A stretch of DNA of 64,000 nt from Candidatus Moraniibacteriota bacterium (GCA_016699385.1 CP064974.1:404466-468465), one strand, 5' to 3'; shown: positions 9,935-20,048, counted from the stretch's first letter. Notes: generated by a model from the letters alone, not told the origin. Numbers and translations are program-made.

Positions 9935-10216
9935 CTACGCAATCGGGTCAACGTGGACGAAGATGCGCTTGGCGAGTTTGCCAGTAAAGGCAAGCATTTT
10001 CTTGTGCTGAAAGGAAACTCTGCCGTCAGAAAGGGAGAAAAGGGTATCATCGCCACCCTGCTTCACGTTCTTGCCGGGGTGAAATTTGGTACCACGCTGG
10101 CGAATGATGATTTCGCCGGGATGTACGACCTGACCGCCAAAACGCTTTACACCAAGGCGTTTTGAGATAGAATCGCGCCCAAGTTCTGTGGAGCCGCCCG
10201 CTTTACGATGTGCCAT
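9935..10216 (-). CDS. rpmA: 50S ribosomal protein L27
   Basis: [28 protein letters not shown]...[10 protein letters not shown] is the canonical L27 sequence. The track ORF carries a spurious 19-aa N-terminal extension. No rplU (L21) was seen upstream. Confidence 0.9.
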   Translation of the reverse strand: MAHRKAGGSTELGRDSISKRLGVKRFGGQVVHPGEIIIRQRGTKFHPGKNVKQGGDDTLFSLSDGRVSFQHKKMLAFTGKLAKRIFVHVDPIA

Positions 10217-10377
10217 AAACAGAAAGATAGGAGATAACAAAGGAATGGTATCGCTTTTCCAGAATACTGTCAATGGTCGAGGGGGAGTGGGGGGTACCCT
10301 TCATTTCAGGAATATCGCATTGGTAGAGAGGATATATTGCTTGCATTTTCTCGTATCTGGGGATACGATGGCACATT

Positions 10378-10875
10378 ATGGTGATACAAACCTTTCAGAA
10401 ATATCTGCGACACAGGGGGGAGACGGTTCGCGAGTGGCTTTATCTATATGGGCGGCGAGGACTCTTGTCTCTCGGCATGCTTGTGGCACTCGCACTTGCC
10501 TTTGAAGGAGGGCTCTTGGTTGGTCGTGACCGACAAGTTGCGCCGGTAGTCGTCGAGAAACCCGCTGAGTCCTGTGTTGTAGCAATACCTGAAACTGGAG
10601 CTGAAAATAAAAGTAATACTTCTCAAAAAGAGCCGTTCTCTACTGAGAGCGAGAATGCGACAAACAAGACTATTGCCGCTTCTCCTTCAAAAGAGGCCTC
10701 ATCGCAAGAGAGCAATCAGGTGTCCGTCTGTGCTTTTGTGGGAAGTCGGAATTCAGATAAGTATCACCTTCCGAAGTGCACGTGGGCGAAGCGTATCAAA
10801 GCAGAGAATCGCATATGCTTCGCTTCCGCCGCCGACGCCGAAGCGAAAGGCTACAAACCCGGATGCGTGAAATAA
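10378..10875 (+). CDS. Membrane-anchored protein with low-complexity linker and a small C-terminal Cys/His domain (Ada N-terminal-like signature)
   Basis: One N-terminal TM helix is followed by a Ser/Glu/Asn-rich linker. The C-terminus, CAFVGSRNSDKYHLPKCTWAKRIKAENRICFASAADAEAKGYKPGC, resembles the ENV-F-S-EA-AAGFRPC region of the Ada metal-binding domain. Confidence 0.4.
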   Translation: MVIQTFQKYLRHRGETVREWLYLYGRRGLLSLGMLVALALAFEGGLLVGRDRQVAPVVVEKPAESCVVAIPETGAENKSNTSQKEPFSTESENATNKTIAASPSKEASSQESNQVSVCAFVGSRNSDKYHLPKCTWAKRIKAENRICFASAADAEAKGYKPGCVK

Positions 10876-10958
10876 GGGAAGAAAATGTGGCAAATAATCC
10901 CGCTTGCTGTTTTTTCTTTTTTTTCGACAAACGTGAGATTTTCTGGGATAATGGAGGC

Positions 10959-12197
10959 ATGATAGAGGCGGAAGAAACAAACAGAATGCAACACAAAGAG
11001 CACTATGATCGGGTGCGGACGCGTCGACTGGGTGGCATCGCGTTTCTTTTTGGTTTCTCGGATTCATTTCTCGTCTATATTCTTTCGGCATATTTTTCGG
11101 AGGCGATTGGCAATGCCAATGTGAGCATGTTCTATTTCCTTGCTTTTGGCGTCATGCTCGCCCTTCTTTTCTTCTTGCATGCGCTTGTCCGATTGATTGG
11201 CGGGCACTTGCTTTTTCTATTGCTTTTCTTCGGTGTCGTTGTGATACAGGTGCCGCTTATTTTCCTCCCGACATCACTCTGGGGATCGGTGTTTATCATG
11301 CTCTATCTCATTGTGACGACGCTTGCCTGGGTTACCTTTGACATGGTGCTTGAGAATGTCTCTGAAGATCGTCGTTCCGGCAGAATACGCGGCATGAATC
11401 TCTCGGCGATGAACATGGGTTTCCTCTTTGCCCCATTCCTATCCGCGGTTATCCTCGGACACTTTGGATTTTCCGGCGTTTTTTTTGTGAGCCTCGTTTT
11501 CTATTCCGCGCTCTTCTTGGTGGCGCTGCTTCTCCTTGTGGGATCGAAGCGACCAGTTGAACATCGTATATCGCCGATTGAAATTCTGCGAAAAGTGCTT
11601 CGACGTGCTGATATTTTGAGAATTTATACCGTCTCGTTTGCGCTCAACTTTTTCTATGCCACGATGATTGTTTATACATCACTTCGCCTTCGTGAGCTTG
11701 GTATGAGCTGGGGGAATATCGGTATCGTTTTTACGGTGATGCTCATACCATTCGTCGTTATACAGTATCCGCTCGGGAGTCTTGCCGATCGGCGGTTAGG
11801 AGAGAAAGAACTCCTCATTGGTTCGCTCCTTCTTGCAGCACTCTCTACAGCATCTCTCGTATGGATTCAAAGCGCGAGTGTTTTAATATGGGCGGTGATG
11901 CTTTTTGTGACGCGTATTGGCATCGCGGGTGTCGAAGTGCTTGGCGATTCGTATTTCTACAAACGCATTGAGGGAAGTGACAGTGATCTCATCGCTTTTT
12001 TTCGCACGGCGCGCCCGGTTGGCAATATCATCGCAGCGCTTTTCTTGGGACTTTGGCTTTTGTTTTTCTCACTCTCGAGTGTTTTTGTGTTACCGGCAAT
12101 AGTACTTCTGTTTGCTGTTATTCCTGCCTTTCTCCTGGAAGATAATCCGAGCGAATATGAACAGGGAAGAATACTACAAAGAGAGTCTGGCATCTAA
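10959..12197 (+). CDS. MFS transporter
   Basis: About 12 predicted TM helices with a typical MFS layout. The start was placed at the internal Met (MIEAEE), after an upstream T-rich tract. Confidence 0.65.
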   Translation: MIEAEETNRMQHKEHYDRVRTRRLGGIAFLFGFSDSFLVYILSAYFSEAIGNANVSMFYFLAFGVMLALLFFLHALVRLIGGHLLFLLLFFGVVVIQVPLIFLPTSLWGSVFIMLYLIVTTLAWVTFDMVLENVSEDRRSGRIRGMNLSAMNMGFLFAPFLSAVILGHFGFSGVFFVSLVFYSALFLVALLLLVGSKRPVEHRISPIEILRKVLRRADILRIYTVSFALNFFYATMIVYTSLRLRELGMSWGNIGIVFTVMLIPFVVIQYPLGSLADRRLGEKELLIGSLLLAALSTASLVWIQSASVLIWAVMLFVTRIGIAGVEVLGDSYFYKRIEGSDSDLIAFFRTARPVGNIIAALFLGLWLLFFSLSSVFVLPAIVLLFAVIPAFLLEDNPSEYEQGRILQRESGI

Positions 12198-12246
12198 GGA
12201 GTTTGTCAGGAGAGTCTGTTTTCCAGAAAAATATAGACCACATTCT

Positions 12247-14622
12247 ATGTCCAATCATGCCTATCCGGGACTCTCGACACGTGAAGCCGAAGCAGCTCTC
12301 GAACGTTACGGTATTAATGATGTCTCGCAACAGCAAACCGGGTTTGTACGAAAGTTTCTTGTTCCACTCTATTCACCCATATCGCTCATGCTACTTGGAG
12401 CGGCGGTACTCTCTCGCTTAAATGGGCGGTATTTCGATTTCTATTTCATCCTTGCCTTGTACTTTGTAAATTACTCCATACAGAAGTGGCAGGAATTCAA
12501 GGCAGATCGCGCTATTCAAGAATTGCAAAATCGTTTGTCATTCGATGTCTGGACACTTCGGGAAGGGAAGTGGGTCTTTGTGAATGCGAAGTATCTCGTC
12601 CCTGGCGATCATATTCGGCTCGGACTCGGAAGTATTATCCCGGCAGACGCAACGGTACTCGATGCCAAGAATCTCTCTGTGAATGAGGCTGTCCTCACTG
12701 GTGAATCTCTTCCCAAAGAAAAGCATGCAGGGAGTACCATCCTCTCTGGATCCTTCATTGCAACGGGGAATTTTGAAGCAGAAATAACGGCGACTGGTCG
12801 GCATACTGCTTTTGGCAAAACGATTTTTTCTATTGAGCAACCAACAGAGAAAAGCATCTTAGAGAGAGACATTTTAAGTATCACTCGATTCCTCATGGCA
12901 ATCAGTATGATTGCCGTAGCGATACTTACGCTCGTGTTTCTCTTTCGTGGCGAGACACTCAATGATCTGATTCTCCTCGATCTGAGCCTTATTATTGCTG
13001 GTATTCCTATCGCGCTTCCTGCCGTCATGGCGATTATCTTGAGTATTGGCGCCTCCGGACTCGCCAAGAAACTCGTCATCGTGAGGCGACTTTCGGCACT
13101 TCAAGATCTTGCGAATGTAAACCTTCTCCTCACAGACAAAACAGGGACGCTCACAAAGAATGAAATCAGTGTTGCCAATGTCATTTCCTATCAAAGTGGC
13201 ATGAGCACCGATGATGTCATCGAGCTTGCGCATCTTGCAACATCAGCGGATACACCAGATGCTATCGACTTAGCAATCACGAGAAGGTTTCAGAAAACTG
13301 GTCGATCATCCGAAGGAAGTGAGCTTCTGAATTTTACACCCTATGATTCGGAACGAAAGCATTCGACAGCGCTTATTCAGCGGGGGACGGGAAAAATTCT
13401 CATCAGTCTTGGCGCACCGCAAGTTATACGTGCACTCGATGAATTCGCCCTTCCCGAAATGGCGAAACGCTTCGAAAGCGATATTCGTGAAGCGGCACAG
13501 AACGGATTCCGCGTCCTTGCTGTTGCCACGAAAAAAGAAAGTGTCGAAGAGTCTCACATGGAAATCGCCGGGGTACTTTTTTTGGCAGATCCTCTCGACG
13601 AACGCTCGAAAGAGACGATGCACTTTATGCGAGAGAATGGCATCGCCGTCAAAATGTTGACCGGAGACAATCGCGTCATTGCCGAACGAATCGCTCAAGA
13701 GCTCGACCTCGTTGGCGATGTTTTTCCGGCGGAAGAGGCGCGGAAACTTTTTGGCGATGCCGAGGAGATGCATCGACGATTCGATTCGATTGCTGCATTT
13801 GCCGAAATTCTTCCGAAGGATAAATACGAGATTGTGAAGGCGTTTCAATCGAAGTATGTTGTTGCATCAACCGGCGATGGTATCAATGATCTCCCAGCGC
13901 TCAAGGTTGCCAATGTGGGCATTGCGGTTTCCGGTGCCGTGAGTGCGCTCAAGAGCATGGCGGATATCGTCCTTCTCGGGCAAGGACTCTCTGTTATTCA
14001 GGACGCAATTCTCGAGTCGCGAAAAATATTTGTACGGCTCTACAACTATTCGGTCTATCGGATTTCCGAAAGTTTCCGTCTCGTCATTACCATCCTCATT
14101 CTCGGTGTGTGGTATGGATTCTATCCGCTCGTTCCGCTTCAGCTCATTTTACTCGCATTCTTAAATGATATCCCGATTATTTCGCTTGCTTTCGATCGCG
14201 TGCGAATTCTTGCGAAACCGTCGGAAGTGAATGTCAAAGAGCGTCTTGCCTTGAGTCTCCTCTTTGGCTCTGTTGGTGTGATGAATAGTATCCTCCTCTT
14301 TTTTCTTATGACGAACATATTTCATCTTTCTCTCCCAGTCATCCAGACGATATTTTTCCTCAAACTCACGGTTTCCGGACATGCCTTGGTCTTTGTGGCA
14401 CACACCAAAGAACGGTGGTATCGATTCCTCCCGAGTCGAGCCGTGATACTCTCGACCATTACAACACAGGTGCTCGCTACAGCACTCGCGGTGACGGGAT
14501 TCCTCATGCCAGCGAGTATCTCGCTCTCAACAGCGCTCCTTGTGTGGATATGGGCATTCATATGGATGCAAATCAGCGAACTCATGAAAGATATACAGAT
14601 GAAATTTTTTCAAAAAAAGTGA
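12247..14622 (+). CDS. Cation-transporting P-type ATPase (plasma-membrane H+/Mg2+ type, P3-like)
   Basis: Contains the DKTGTLT phosphorylation motif and the TGDGINDLPALK hinge motif. The N-terminus GLSTREAEAALERYGIN is typical of P3 ATPases. The start was moved to a Met downstream of the MFS gene stop. Confidence 0.85.
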   Translation: MSNHAYPGLSTREAEAALERYGINDVSQQQTGFVRKFLVPLYSPISLMLLGAAVLSRLNGRYFDFYFILALYFVNYSIQKWQEFKADRAIQELQNRLSFDVWTLREGKWVFVNAKYLVPGDHIRLGLGSIIPADATVLDAKNLSVNEAVLTGESLPKEKHAGSTILSGSFIATGNFEAEITATGRHTAFGKTIFSIEQPTEKSILERDILSITRFLMAISMIAVAILTLVFLFRGETLNDLILLDLSLIIAGIPIALPAVMAIILSIGASGLAKKLVIVRRLSALQDLANVNLLLTDKTGTLTKNEISVANVISYQSGMSTDDVIELAHLATSADTPDAIDLAITRRFQKTGRSSEGSELLNFTPYDSERKHSTALIQRGTGKILISLGAPQVIRALDEFALPEMAKRFESDIREAAQNGFRVLAVATKKESVEESHMEIAGVLFLADPLDERSKETMHFMRENGIAVKMLTGDNRVIAERIAQELDLVGDVFPAEEARKLFGDAEEMHRRFDSIAAFAEILPKDKYEIVKAFQSKYVVASTGDGINDLPALKVANVGIAVSGAVSALKSMADIVLLGQGLSVIQDAILESRKIFVRLYNYSVYRISESFRLVITILILGVWYGFYPLVPLQLILLAFLNDIPIISLAFDRVRILAKPSEVNVKERLALSLLFGSVGVMNSILLFFLMTNIFHLSLPVIQTIFFLKLTVSGHALVFVAHTKERWYRFLPSRAVILSTITTQVLATALAVTGFLMPASISLSTALLVWIWAFIWMQISELMKDIQMKFFQKK

Positions 14623-14705
14623 TACTCTCTGCAAAGTTTTTCAAGAATGTGTAAGAAAGTGTCTATTTTGAGACACTGTAAAGATATAATTTTTTTCTTT
14701 TCTCT

Positions 14706-14906
14706 ATGGAACCGGATGTTCTCAAAAAATTAGAAGAGATGGAACGGAAAATAGACAGCATGTTCGCGAGTGTCGAGAAACTTCGGCGATATTTTCTCTG
14801 GACACTCATTATTACACTCGTCACGGTGATTCTTCCGATTGTTGCTCTTGTCTTTGTTGCACCATGGGCGCTCGGCATTCTTTCAAACGCTTATACTATC
14901 CAATAA
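14706..14906 (+). CDS. Small membrane protein (hypothetical)
   Basis: 66 aa with one hydrophobic helix. Support is weak. Confidence 0.2.
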   Translation: MEPDVLKKLEEMERKIDSMFASVEKLRRYFLWTLIITLVTVILPIVALVFVAPWALGILSNAYTIQ

Positions 14907-14917
14907 TTATCTCTTCT

Positions 14918-16030
14918 ATGGCACGTTTTTTGAAGGGTGCGCTACTTTTCGTTGTTCTTGGTGTACTTTTTGGCATGCAGTTTTTTGTCTATTTCTCTAT
15001 TGGAGAATTTTTCTCAATTACCGATGCTGCAAATCGACTTTTGCTCTATATTGGTACGACAGCCATACCGCTGGGATTTATTTGTGCTTCCATATTGGGA
15101 AGGATGAGAGAAAACATCTTCACGAAGTATTTCTATGTGTTCACGGGGATTCTCCTCGGTATCGGAGCAAATATTGCACTTGCGTCCCTTGCCACTTGGG
15201 GAGCGCTTTGGATTTTTGGCAACTCAATAAACTTTTCGGCAGCAACTCTCGCGGGAGTGTTCTTTGCGCTGGCACTCATTCTATCTCTCTACGGTGTTTG
15301 GAATGCAGCACATCCGATTGTGAAGTCTATTGAAGTCACCATTCCGGGTCTTCCCGATACATGGAAGGGGAAGTGTATTGTCCAACTATCAGATATTCAT
15401 TTGGGGTATGTCTACCAGTTGAATTTCATGCGTCGAATTGTTGAACAGGTGAACGCGATTCGCCCGGAAGCAGTTGTTATTACGGGGGATCTTTTTGATG
15501 GCATGGATGGTGACCTCGAACATGCCGTTGACACGCTCAATGATATTCATGCGAATCACGGAACATTCTTTGTCAATGGAAATCACGAGACCTATTTCGG
15601 ACTTGAAAAGTCCTTCGCCTTACTCGAGAGAACATCCGTGAGAATTCTCAAGGATGAGGTCGTTGACATTGATGGCCTTAAAATACTCGGTATCGGTTAT
15701 CCGGAGCAAGGTGAGCACAAAGATGTGGTACGCATTGCAGAATCACTCGGGAATGATTGGAAGGGGCGACCGAATATTCTTCTCTATCACGCACCGGCAC
15801 ATGTCAAAGGTTTCCGAGAATCAGGTGTCCATCTCCAACTCTCAGGACATACACATAAGGGTCAAATTTTCCCTTTCAATTTCATTACAAAAATCGTGCA
15901 CCAAGGGCATGACTACGGACTGTACACGCATGACGACTACACGCTCTATACGACAAGCGGCATCGGCACCTGGGGACCATCTATGCGACTTGGCAATCGC
16001 CCAGAGATTGTCGCGATTACACTTCGATAA
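14918..16030 (+). CDS. Membrane-anchored calcineurin-like metallophosphoesterase
   Basis: An N-terminal multi-TM region is followed by MPP motifs: DIHLG, GDLFDG, GNHE, and GHTHKGQ. Confidence 0.75.
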   Translation: MARFLKGALLFVVLGVLFGMQFFVYFSIGEFFSITDAANRLLLYIGTTAIPLGFICASILGRMRENIFTKYFYVFTGILLGIGANIALASLATWGALWIFGNSINFSAATLAGVFFALALILSLYGVWNAAHPIVKSIEVTIPGLPDTWKGKCIVQLSDIHLGYVYQLNFMRRIVEQVNAIRPEAVVITGDLFDGMDGDLEHAVDTLNDIHANHGTFFVNGNHETYFGLEKSFALLERTSVRILKDEVVDIDGLKILGIGYPEQGEHKDVVRIAESLGNDWKGRPNILLYHAPAHVKGFRESGVHLQLSGHTHKGQIFPFNFITKIVHQGHDYGLYTHDDYTLYTTSGIGTWGPSMRLGNRPEIVAITLR

Positions 16031-16051
16031 TTCGCACACGCTCAGAGTATA

Positions 16052-16067
16052 CTGTCAACGTTGACAG
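16052..16067. promoter_or_regulatory. Perfect 16-bp palindrome CTGTCAACGTTGACAG upstream of the ABC operon (operator or terminator stem)
   Basis: Seen directly in the sequence. It lies between the metallophosphoesterase stop and the ABC ATPase start. Confidence 0.3.
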
Positions 16068-16140
16068 GGAAAAACGTTTTTCTCTACAATTGGAAGACAC
16101 TTGTGGCTTTTAGTCTGCTATTCTTCTTTCATTTTCCGGT

Positions 16141-17064
16141 ATGATTACACTCAAAAATGTTACGAAATATTTCGGGAATGTAAAGGCGGTCGACGATCTT
16201 TCATTTTCTGTGGACTCGGGCGAAGTGATTGGTTTTCTTGGACCAAATGGTGCCGGGAAAACAACAACGCTTCGCATGATGACCGGATTCCTCTCTCCCG
16301 ATCGAGGGTCCGTCACTATAGATGGTATCAATATTGAGCATGACCCGGTAGCCGTACAGAAAAAGATAGGCTATCTTCCCGAGAACAATCCGCTCTACAC
16401 AAATATGCTCGTGTCGGAGTTTCTCGATCTTGCCGCGCGCCTTCATCAGGTTTCGCCATCTGATCAATCGGAAGCAATGGGTCGCGTTGTGCATGCTGTC
16501 GGTATCGAGGAAATGTTCTACCGTTCGATACGAGAGCTTTCCAAGGGATTCCGCCAGCGAGTCGGTATCGCGGCGGCACTCATCCACCAGCCGGATATCA
16601 TTATTCTTGATGAGCCGACCGAGGGTCTTGATCCAAACCAGCGAGGCGATATTCGAACACTGATCAAAGATCTCGCAAAAAAGCACACTGTAATCATGAG
16701 TACACACGTGATGCAGGAAGCATCTGCTGTATGCAGCCGGCTCCTCATACTCAATAAAGGGAAACTCGCCGCAGATGGAACAGTGCAAGAACTTTCTGCT
16801 GGCGCAGAAGGGAAGCGAGTGCTCTCAATTGATATTGAAGGTGATGAGGTTATGGCGGAAATCAAGAAACTCGCTGGCAGTGACGCGGTATCCATAAAGG
16901 AGCAAAAGAAGAATCGATTCGCTGCTCTCGTGTCAGTCGAAAAAGGCATGGAAATCCGTCCGGATATTTCTAGACTTGTCGGGAAGTACCACTGGATTGT
17001 CTGGGATATGCACGAAGAAGAACGAAAGCTCGAAGATATTTTCCACGCACTCACCAAGGAATAG
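16141..17064 (+). CDS. ABC transporter ATP-binding protein (GldA/ABC-2 type)
   Basis: Walker A GPNGAGKTT, signature motif LSKGFRQRV, and Walker B IILDEPT are all present. Confidence 0.9.
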   Translation: MITLKNVTKYFGNVKAVDDLSFSVDSGEVIGFLGPNGAGKTTTLRMMTGFLSPDRGSVTIDGINIEHDPVAVQKKIGYLPENNPLYTNMLVSEFLDLAARLHQVSPSDQSEAMGRVVHAVGIEEMFYRSIRELSKGFRQRVGIAAALIHQPDIIILDEPTEGLDPNQRGDIRTLIKDLAKKHTVIMSTHVMQEASAVCSRLLILNKGKLAADGTVQELSAGAEGKRVLSIDIEGDEVMAEIKKLAGSDAVSIKEQKKNRFAALVSVEKGMEIRPDISRLVGKYHWIVWDMHEEERKLEDIFHALTKE

Positions 17065-17068
17065 ACTT

Positions 17069-19384
17069 ATGAAAAACATCCTTACTCTCATCCGAAAGGA
17101 GATGCAAAGCTCTTTCAATAATCCGACAGCCTATGTCGTCATTGCGGCATTTCTCTTACTCTGGGAATTTTTGTTCTTCCGGCAAGTATTCCTTATTGGG
17201 GAAGTATCCGTGCGAAGTCTCTTTGACTTCTTGCCTTGGCTCCTTCTCTTGGTCATACCAGCGCTCACTATGGGGTCAATTGCAGAAGAAAAGAGCGAGG
17301 GAACACTCGAAATTCTCCTCACGCGTCCGATACAACCAGCGGAACTTATTTTGGGGAAATTCTTCGGTATCCTCGCGTTTTTTTCGATAGCAACGGCATT
17401 TGTCTTCCCGATTGCGTGGAGCTTTCATTTCTTCGGAGTGGTCGATTGGAGGCAGACCTTTACGCAGTATCTCGGCGGGATATTCCTTGCCGCTGTTTTG
17501 GCAAGTCTTGGTATTGCAGTGTCGAGCCTTGTGAGAAGTCAGATAACTGCATTTATCGTGTCGGCAATTGCAAGCTTTTTCCTCATTATCGCGGGCATGG
17601 AAATTGTGACATCAAGACTCCCGCTTTCGATGGCGTCATTTTTTGAACAATTCTCCGTATTTAATCACTTCACTTCGCTTGCGCGCGGCGTTATCGATAC
17701 AAGAGACATATGGTATTTCTTCTCCTTTACCGCTGTATTTTTAAGCGTTGCTTTTCTTAATATTCTTCAGTCCAAACTCGGAAAACGCCGGAAAACCTAT
17801 AGACAGTATCGTCTCGCACTGGCGGTATTGTTTGGTATTGCACTCTTCTCAAATATAGTCGGCTCGAGGATTCCTGGGCGCATCGACTTGACGCGCAATA
17901 AAACCTATACGCTCTCTCCAGCAACCAGCACTCTTCTGACGTCGCTTCCCAATGATATCGTCAATATCTCGCTTTATGCCTCGGGACAGCTTCCAGCAGA
18001 ATTTCAGCCCGTACTGCGCGATACAAAAGACATGCTCTCGGATTATCAGCGCATCGCTGCCGGGAGAATTCAACTCACCACCAAAGATCCCTTGTCAGAC
18101 GAGGCAGTTACAAGCGAAGCGAAGTCTCTTGGCGTTCAATCGGTCCGCTTCAATGTCGTATCGCAAGAAGCCTATCAGGTAAAAGAGGGTTACCTCGGCA
18201 TCGTCATTTCATTTGGCGGGAAACATGAAACCATACCTTTCGTTCGAAGCACGGACACACTGGAATATCAGCTCTCAAGTCTCCTCACCAAACTCACTAC
18301 CGACAAAAAGCCTGCTGTCGGTATACTCTCCGGTCACGGTGAAAAGAGTCTTTTCCAAGACTACGCTCGTATTGCCAATGAGTGGGGAAAACAATTTGAT
18401 GTGCGAGAAATCGCTGCAGAGAGTGACACTTCATCGACAGATACCGGTACAAGCAAAGCCAGTGCAGTCAAAAAACCTACAGAAGAAAAGACCCCGAAGC
18501 ATTTCACGCTCTCGGATGATCTGAAAGTGCTCGTCGTCGCCGGACCAACTGAGGATTTCTCGGACGATGAAAAGAAGACAATTACTGATTTTCTCAATCG
18601 AGGAGGAAGCGCGCTCTTCTTAATCGACGGCGTCACAGCTTCTCCGGACACTATGAGCGCCTCAAAAAATACCAGCAACTTCGCCGATTTCCTCAAGACT
18701 GAAACAGGTGTCACTGTTCAGTCCAATATGCTCTACGATCTCCGCGCCAATGAATCCGTGAGTTTTGGCGGGAAACAACAAATGCAATATATCTTGCCCT
18801 ATCCTCTCTGGATTCGCGCGCAGAAAATAGCGAGCGAATCCCCGCTTGTTGCATCGGTGAATGAACTTTCACTTCCCTGGACAAGTAGCATCGAAACAGA
18901 CGATGCCATCCTCAAACAAAAAGGCTATGCATCGACACCACTCTTCTCCACGACGCCTTTTGCAGGTCAAGAAGAGACGAATCTTACCATAGCGCCAGAC
19001 CAAGACTTCCCAAAGACAAACCTTGCTCAGCGCACAGTCGCAGTCGCTCTCACACACGCTACCTCAGAAGGGGAGAAGGCGACATCACGAATTATCATCG
19101 TTGGTAATTCCGGGTTTCTAACTGATCAATTTGTCGGAAATAATCCGGCAAATCTTTCATTTGGTGTCGAGGCACTCGCATTCTTGGGACAAGAGTCTTC
19201 TCTCGGATCAATCGCTGCCAAAAATGCCTCGGTGGAGAAGTTTGCATTCACAAGTGCTTCCGAACCAAATATCTTGAAGTTTGGTAATATGGCATTTGCT
19301 CTGTCGCTCACGATTGGATATGGTATGTTCCGTCTCTTCCGAAGAAATCGCAAACGACGATTTAGCTATGGTGAAGAATTCTAA
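17069..19384 (+). CDS. ABC-2 permease fused to a GldG-like extracytoplasmic domain
   Basis: An N-terminal six-helix ABC-2 permease (GldF-like) is followed by a large domain of about 500 aa and a C-terminal TM helix. The start was moved to MKNILT after the ATPase stop. Confidence 0.65.
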   Translation: MKNILTLIRKEMQSSFNNPTAYVVIAAFLLLWEFLFFRQVFLIGEVSVRSLFDFLPWLLLLVIPALTMGSIAEEKSEGTLEILLTRPIQPAELILGKFFGILAFFSIATAFVFPIAWSFHFFGVVDWRQTFTQYLGGIFLAAVLASLGIAVSSLVRSQITAFIVSAIASFFLIIAGMEIVTSRLPLSMASFFEQFSVFNHFTSLARGVIDTRDIWYFFSFTAVFLSVAFLNILQSKLGKRRKTYRQYRLALAVLFGIALFSNIVGSRIPGRIDLTRNKTYTLSPATSTLLTSLPNDIVNISLYASGQLPAEFQPVLRDTKDMLSDYQRIAAGRIQLTTKDPLSDEAVTSEAKSLGVQSVRFNVVSQEAYQVKEGYLGIVISFGGKHETIPFVRSTDTLEYQLSSLLTKLTTDKKPAVGILSGHGEKSLFQDYARIANEWGKQFDVREIAAESDTSSTDTGTSKASAVKKPTEEKTPKHFTLSDDLKVLVVAGPTEDFSDDEKKTITDFLNRGGSALFLIDGVTASPDTMSASKNTSNFADFLKTETGVTVQSNMLYDLRANESVSFGGKQQMQYILPYPLWIRAQKIASESPLVASVNELSLPWTSSIETDDAILKQKGYASTPLFSTTPFAGQEETNLTIAPDQDFPKTNLAQRTVAVALTHATSEGEKATSRIIIVGNSGFLTDQFVGNNPANLSFGVEALAFLGQESSLGSIAAKNASVEKFAFTSASEPNILKFGNMAFALSLTIGYGMFRLFRRNRKRRFSYGEEF

Positions 19385-19393
19385 CAAACGCCT

Positions 19394-19993
19394 ATGAATA
19401 GCTCATTCCTCAAAATAACTTCCCTTATTCTCGCTGGGCTCTTCCTTCTTGCTGTCATCCCCTGGATGAGCGACGCTTTCGCTCCCAAGAAGGGAGGGAG
19501 CATAAGTGATGCCGCTATCAGTGTCAACCTTTCATCTTTTACGGAAAACTCCGTCATGTCTGTGAGTATGAAGCAGAAAGACAAAGATGCCGTTGCATTG
19601 GAAAAGAAAGGGGATGTCTGGAAAATAGGTACCGATGATGCCGACACAGGCAAGGTAACTTCGCTCTTTCAGTCATTTGCGACGCTTACTCCTCGCGAAA
19701 TGGTCTCAAAAAACGAGGATAATTTCAGTAAATTCGGTGTCACCAAAGATGATGGCATTCGACTCGAAATCCGCGACACGAGTGGTGGGTCTTCGGTCTT
19801 CTACATCGGTATCGCAAGCGATGTCCCACAGGAGTTTTTTATTCGTAAAGACGGTATCAAGAATGCCTACTCAGTAAGCGGCAATCTGCGAGACCTCCTT
19901 ACCAAAGATGCCTCGTATTGGAAGAAAGCTCCGGAAGAAAAGTCTGCCACAACAACTCCCTCGACGAGCTCCTCGAAGGAAATGGTAAAATAG
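19394..19993 (+). CDS. Secreted DUF4340-like accessory protein of the GldG-type ABC system
   Basis: Has a signal peptide or anchor. Its position immediately after a GldG-like gene is the usual DUF4340 context. Confidence 0.45.
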   Translation: MNSSFLKITSLILAGLFLLAVIPWMSDAFAPKKGGSISDAAISVNLSSFTENSVMSVSMKQKDKDAVALEKKGDVWKIGTDDADTGKVTSLFQSFATLTPREMVSKNEDNFSKFGVTKDDGIRLEIRDTSGGSSVFYIGIASDVPQEFFIRKDGIKNAYSVSGNLRDLLTKDASYWKKAPEEKSATTTPSTSSSKEMVK

Positions 19994-20048
19994 TGTATAC
20001 TCGGGAAATGCTGCTAGCAAAAAATAATCAAATGCGATAAAAAATACT

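Noticed and set aside
10188-10585. Short ORFs upstream of rpmA (105 aa plus-strand, 69 aa minus-strand) considered as a possible L21
   Set aside because: Their translations do not resemble L21 and are Arg/Gly-rich. They are probably non-coding, or the 5' region of the neighbouring membrane protein gene.
10905-10925. T-rich tract (TTTTTTCTTTTTTTT) upstream of the MFS gene as a possible phase-variable homopolymer
   Set aside because: The tract is interrupted, not a pure long homopolymer, and lies outside the coding region and core promoter spacing. Evidence is insufficient.
12112-12246. Upstream extension of the P-type ATPase ORF overlapping the MFS gene end
   Set aside because: The overlap with the MFS coding region is long. 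A Met just downstream of the MFS stop gives a typical P3-ATPase N-terminus.
12609-13848. Minus-strand ORFs of 156-180 aa
   Set aside because: They lie antisense inside the P-type ATPase gene, whose motifs (DKTGT, GDGIND) firmly fix the coding strand.
16518-17057. 179-aa minus-strand ORF
   Set aside because: It is antisense to a well-supported ABC ATPase gene and has Ser/Arg-rich low-complexity translation typical of a shadow ORF.
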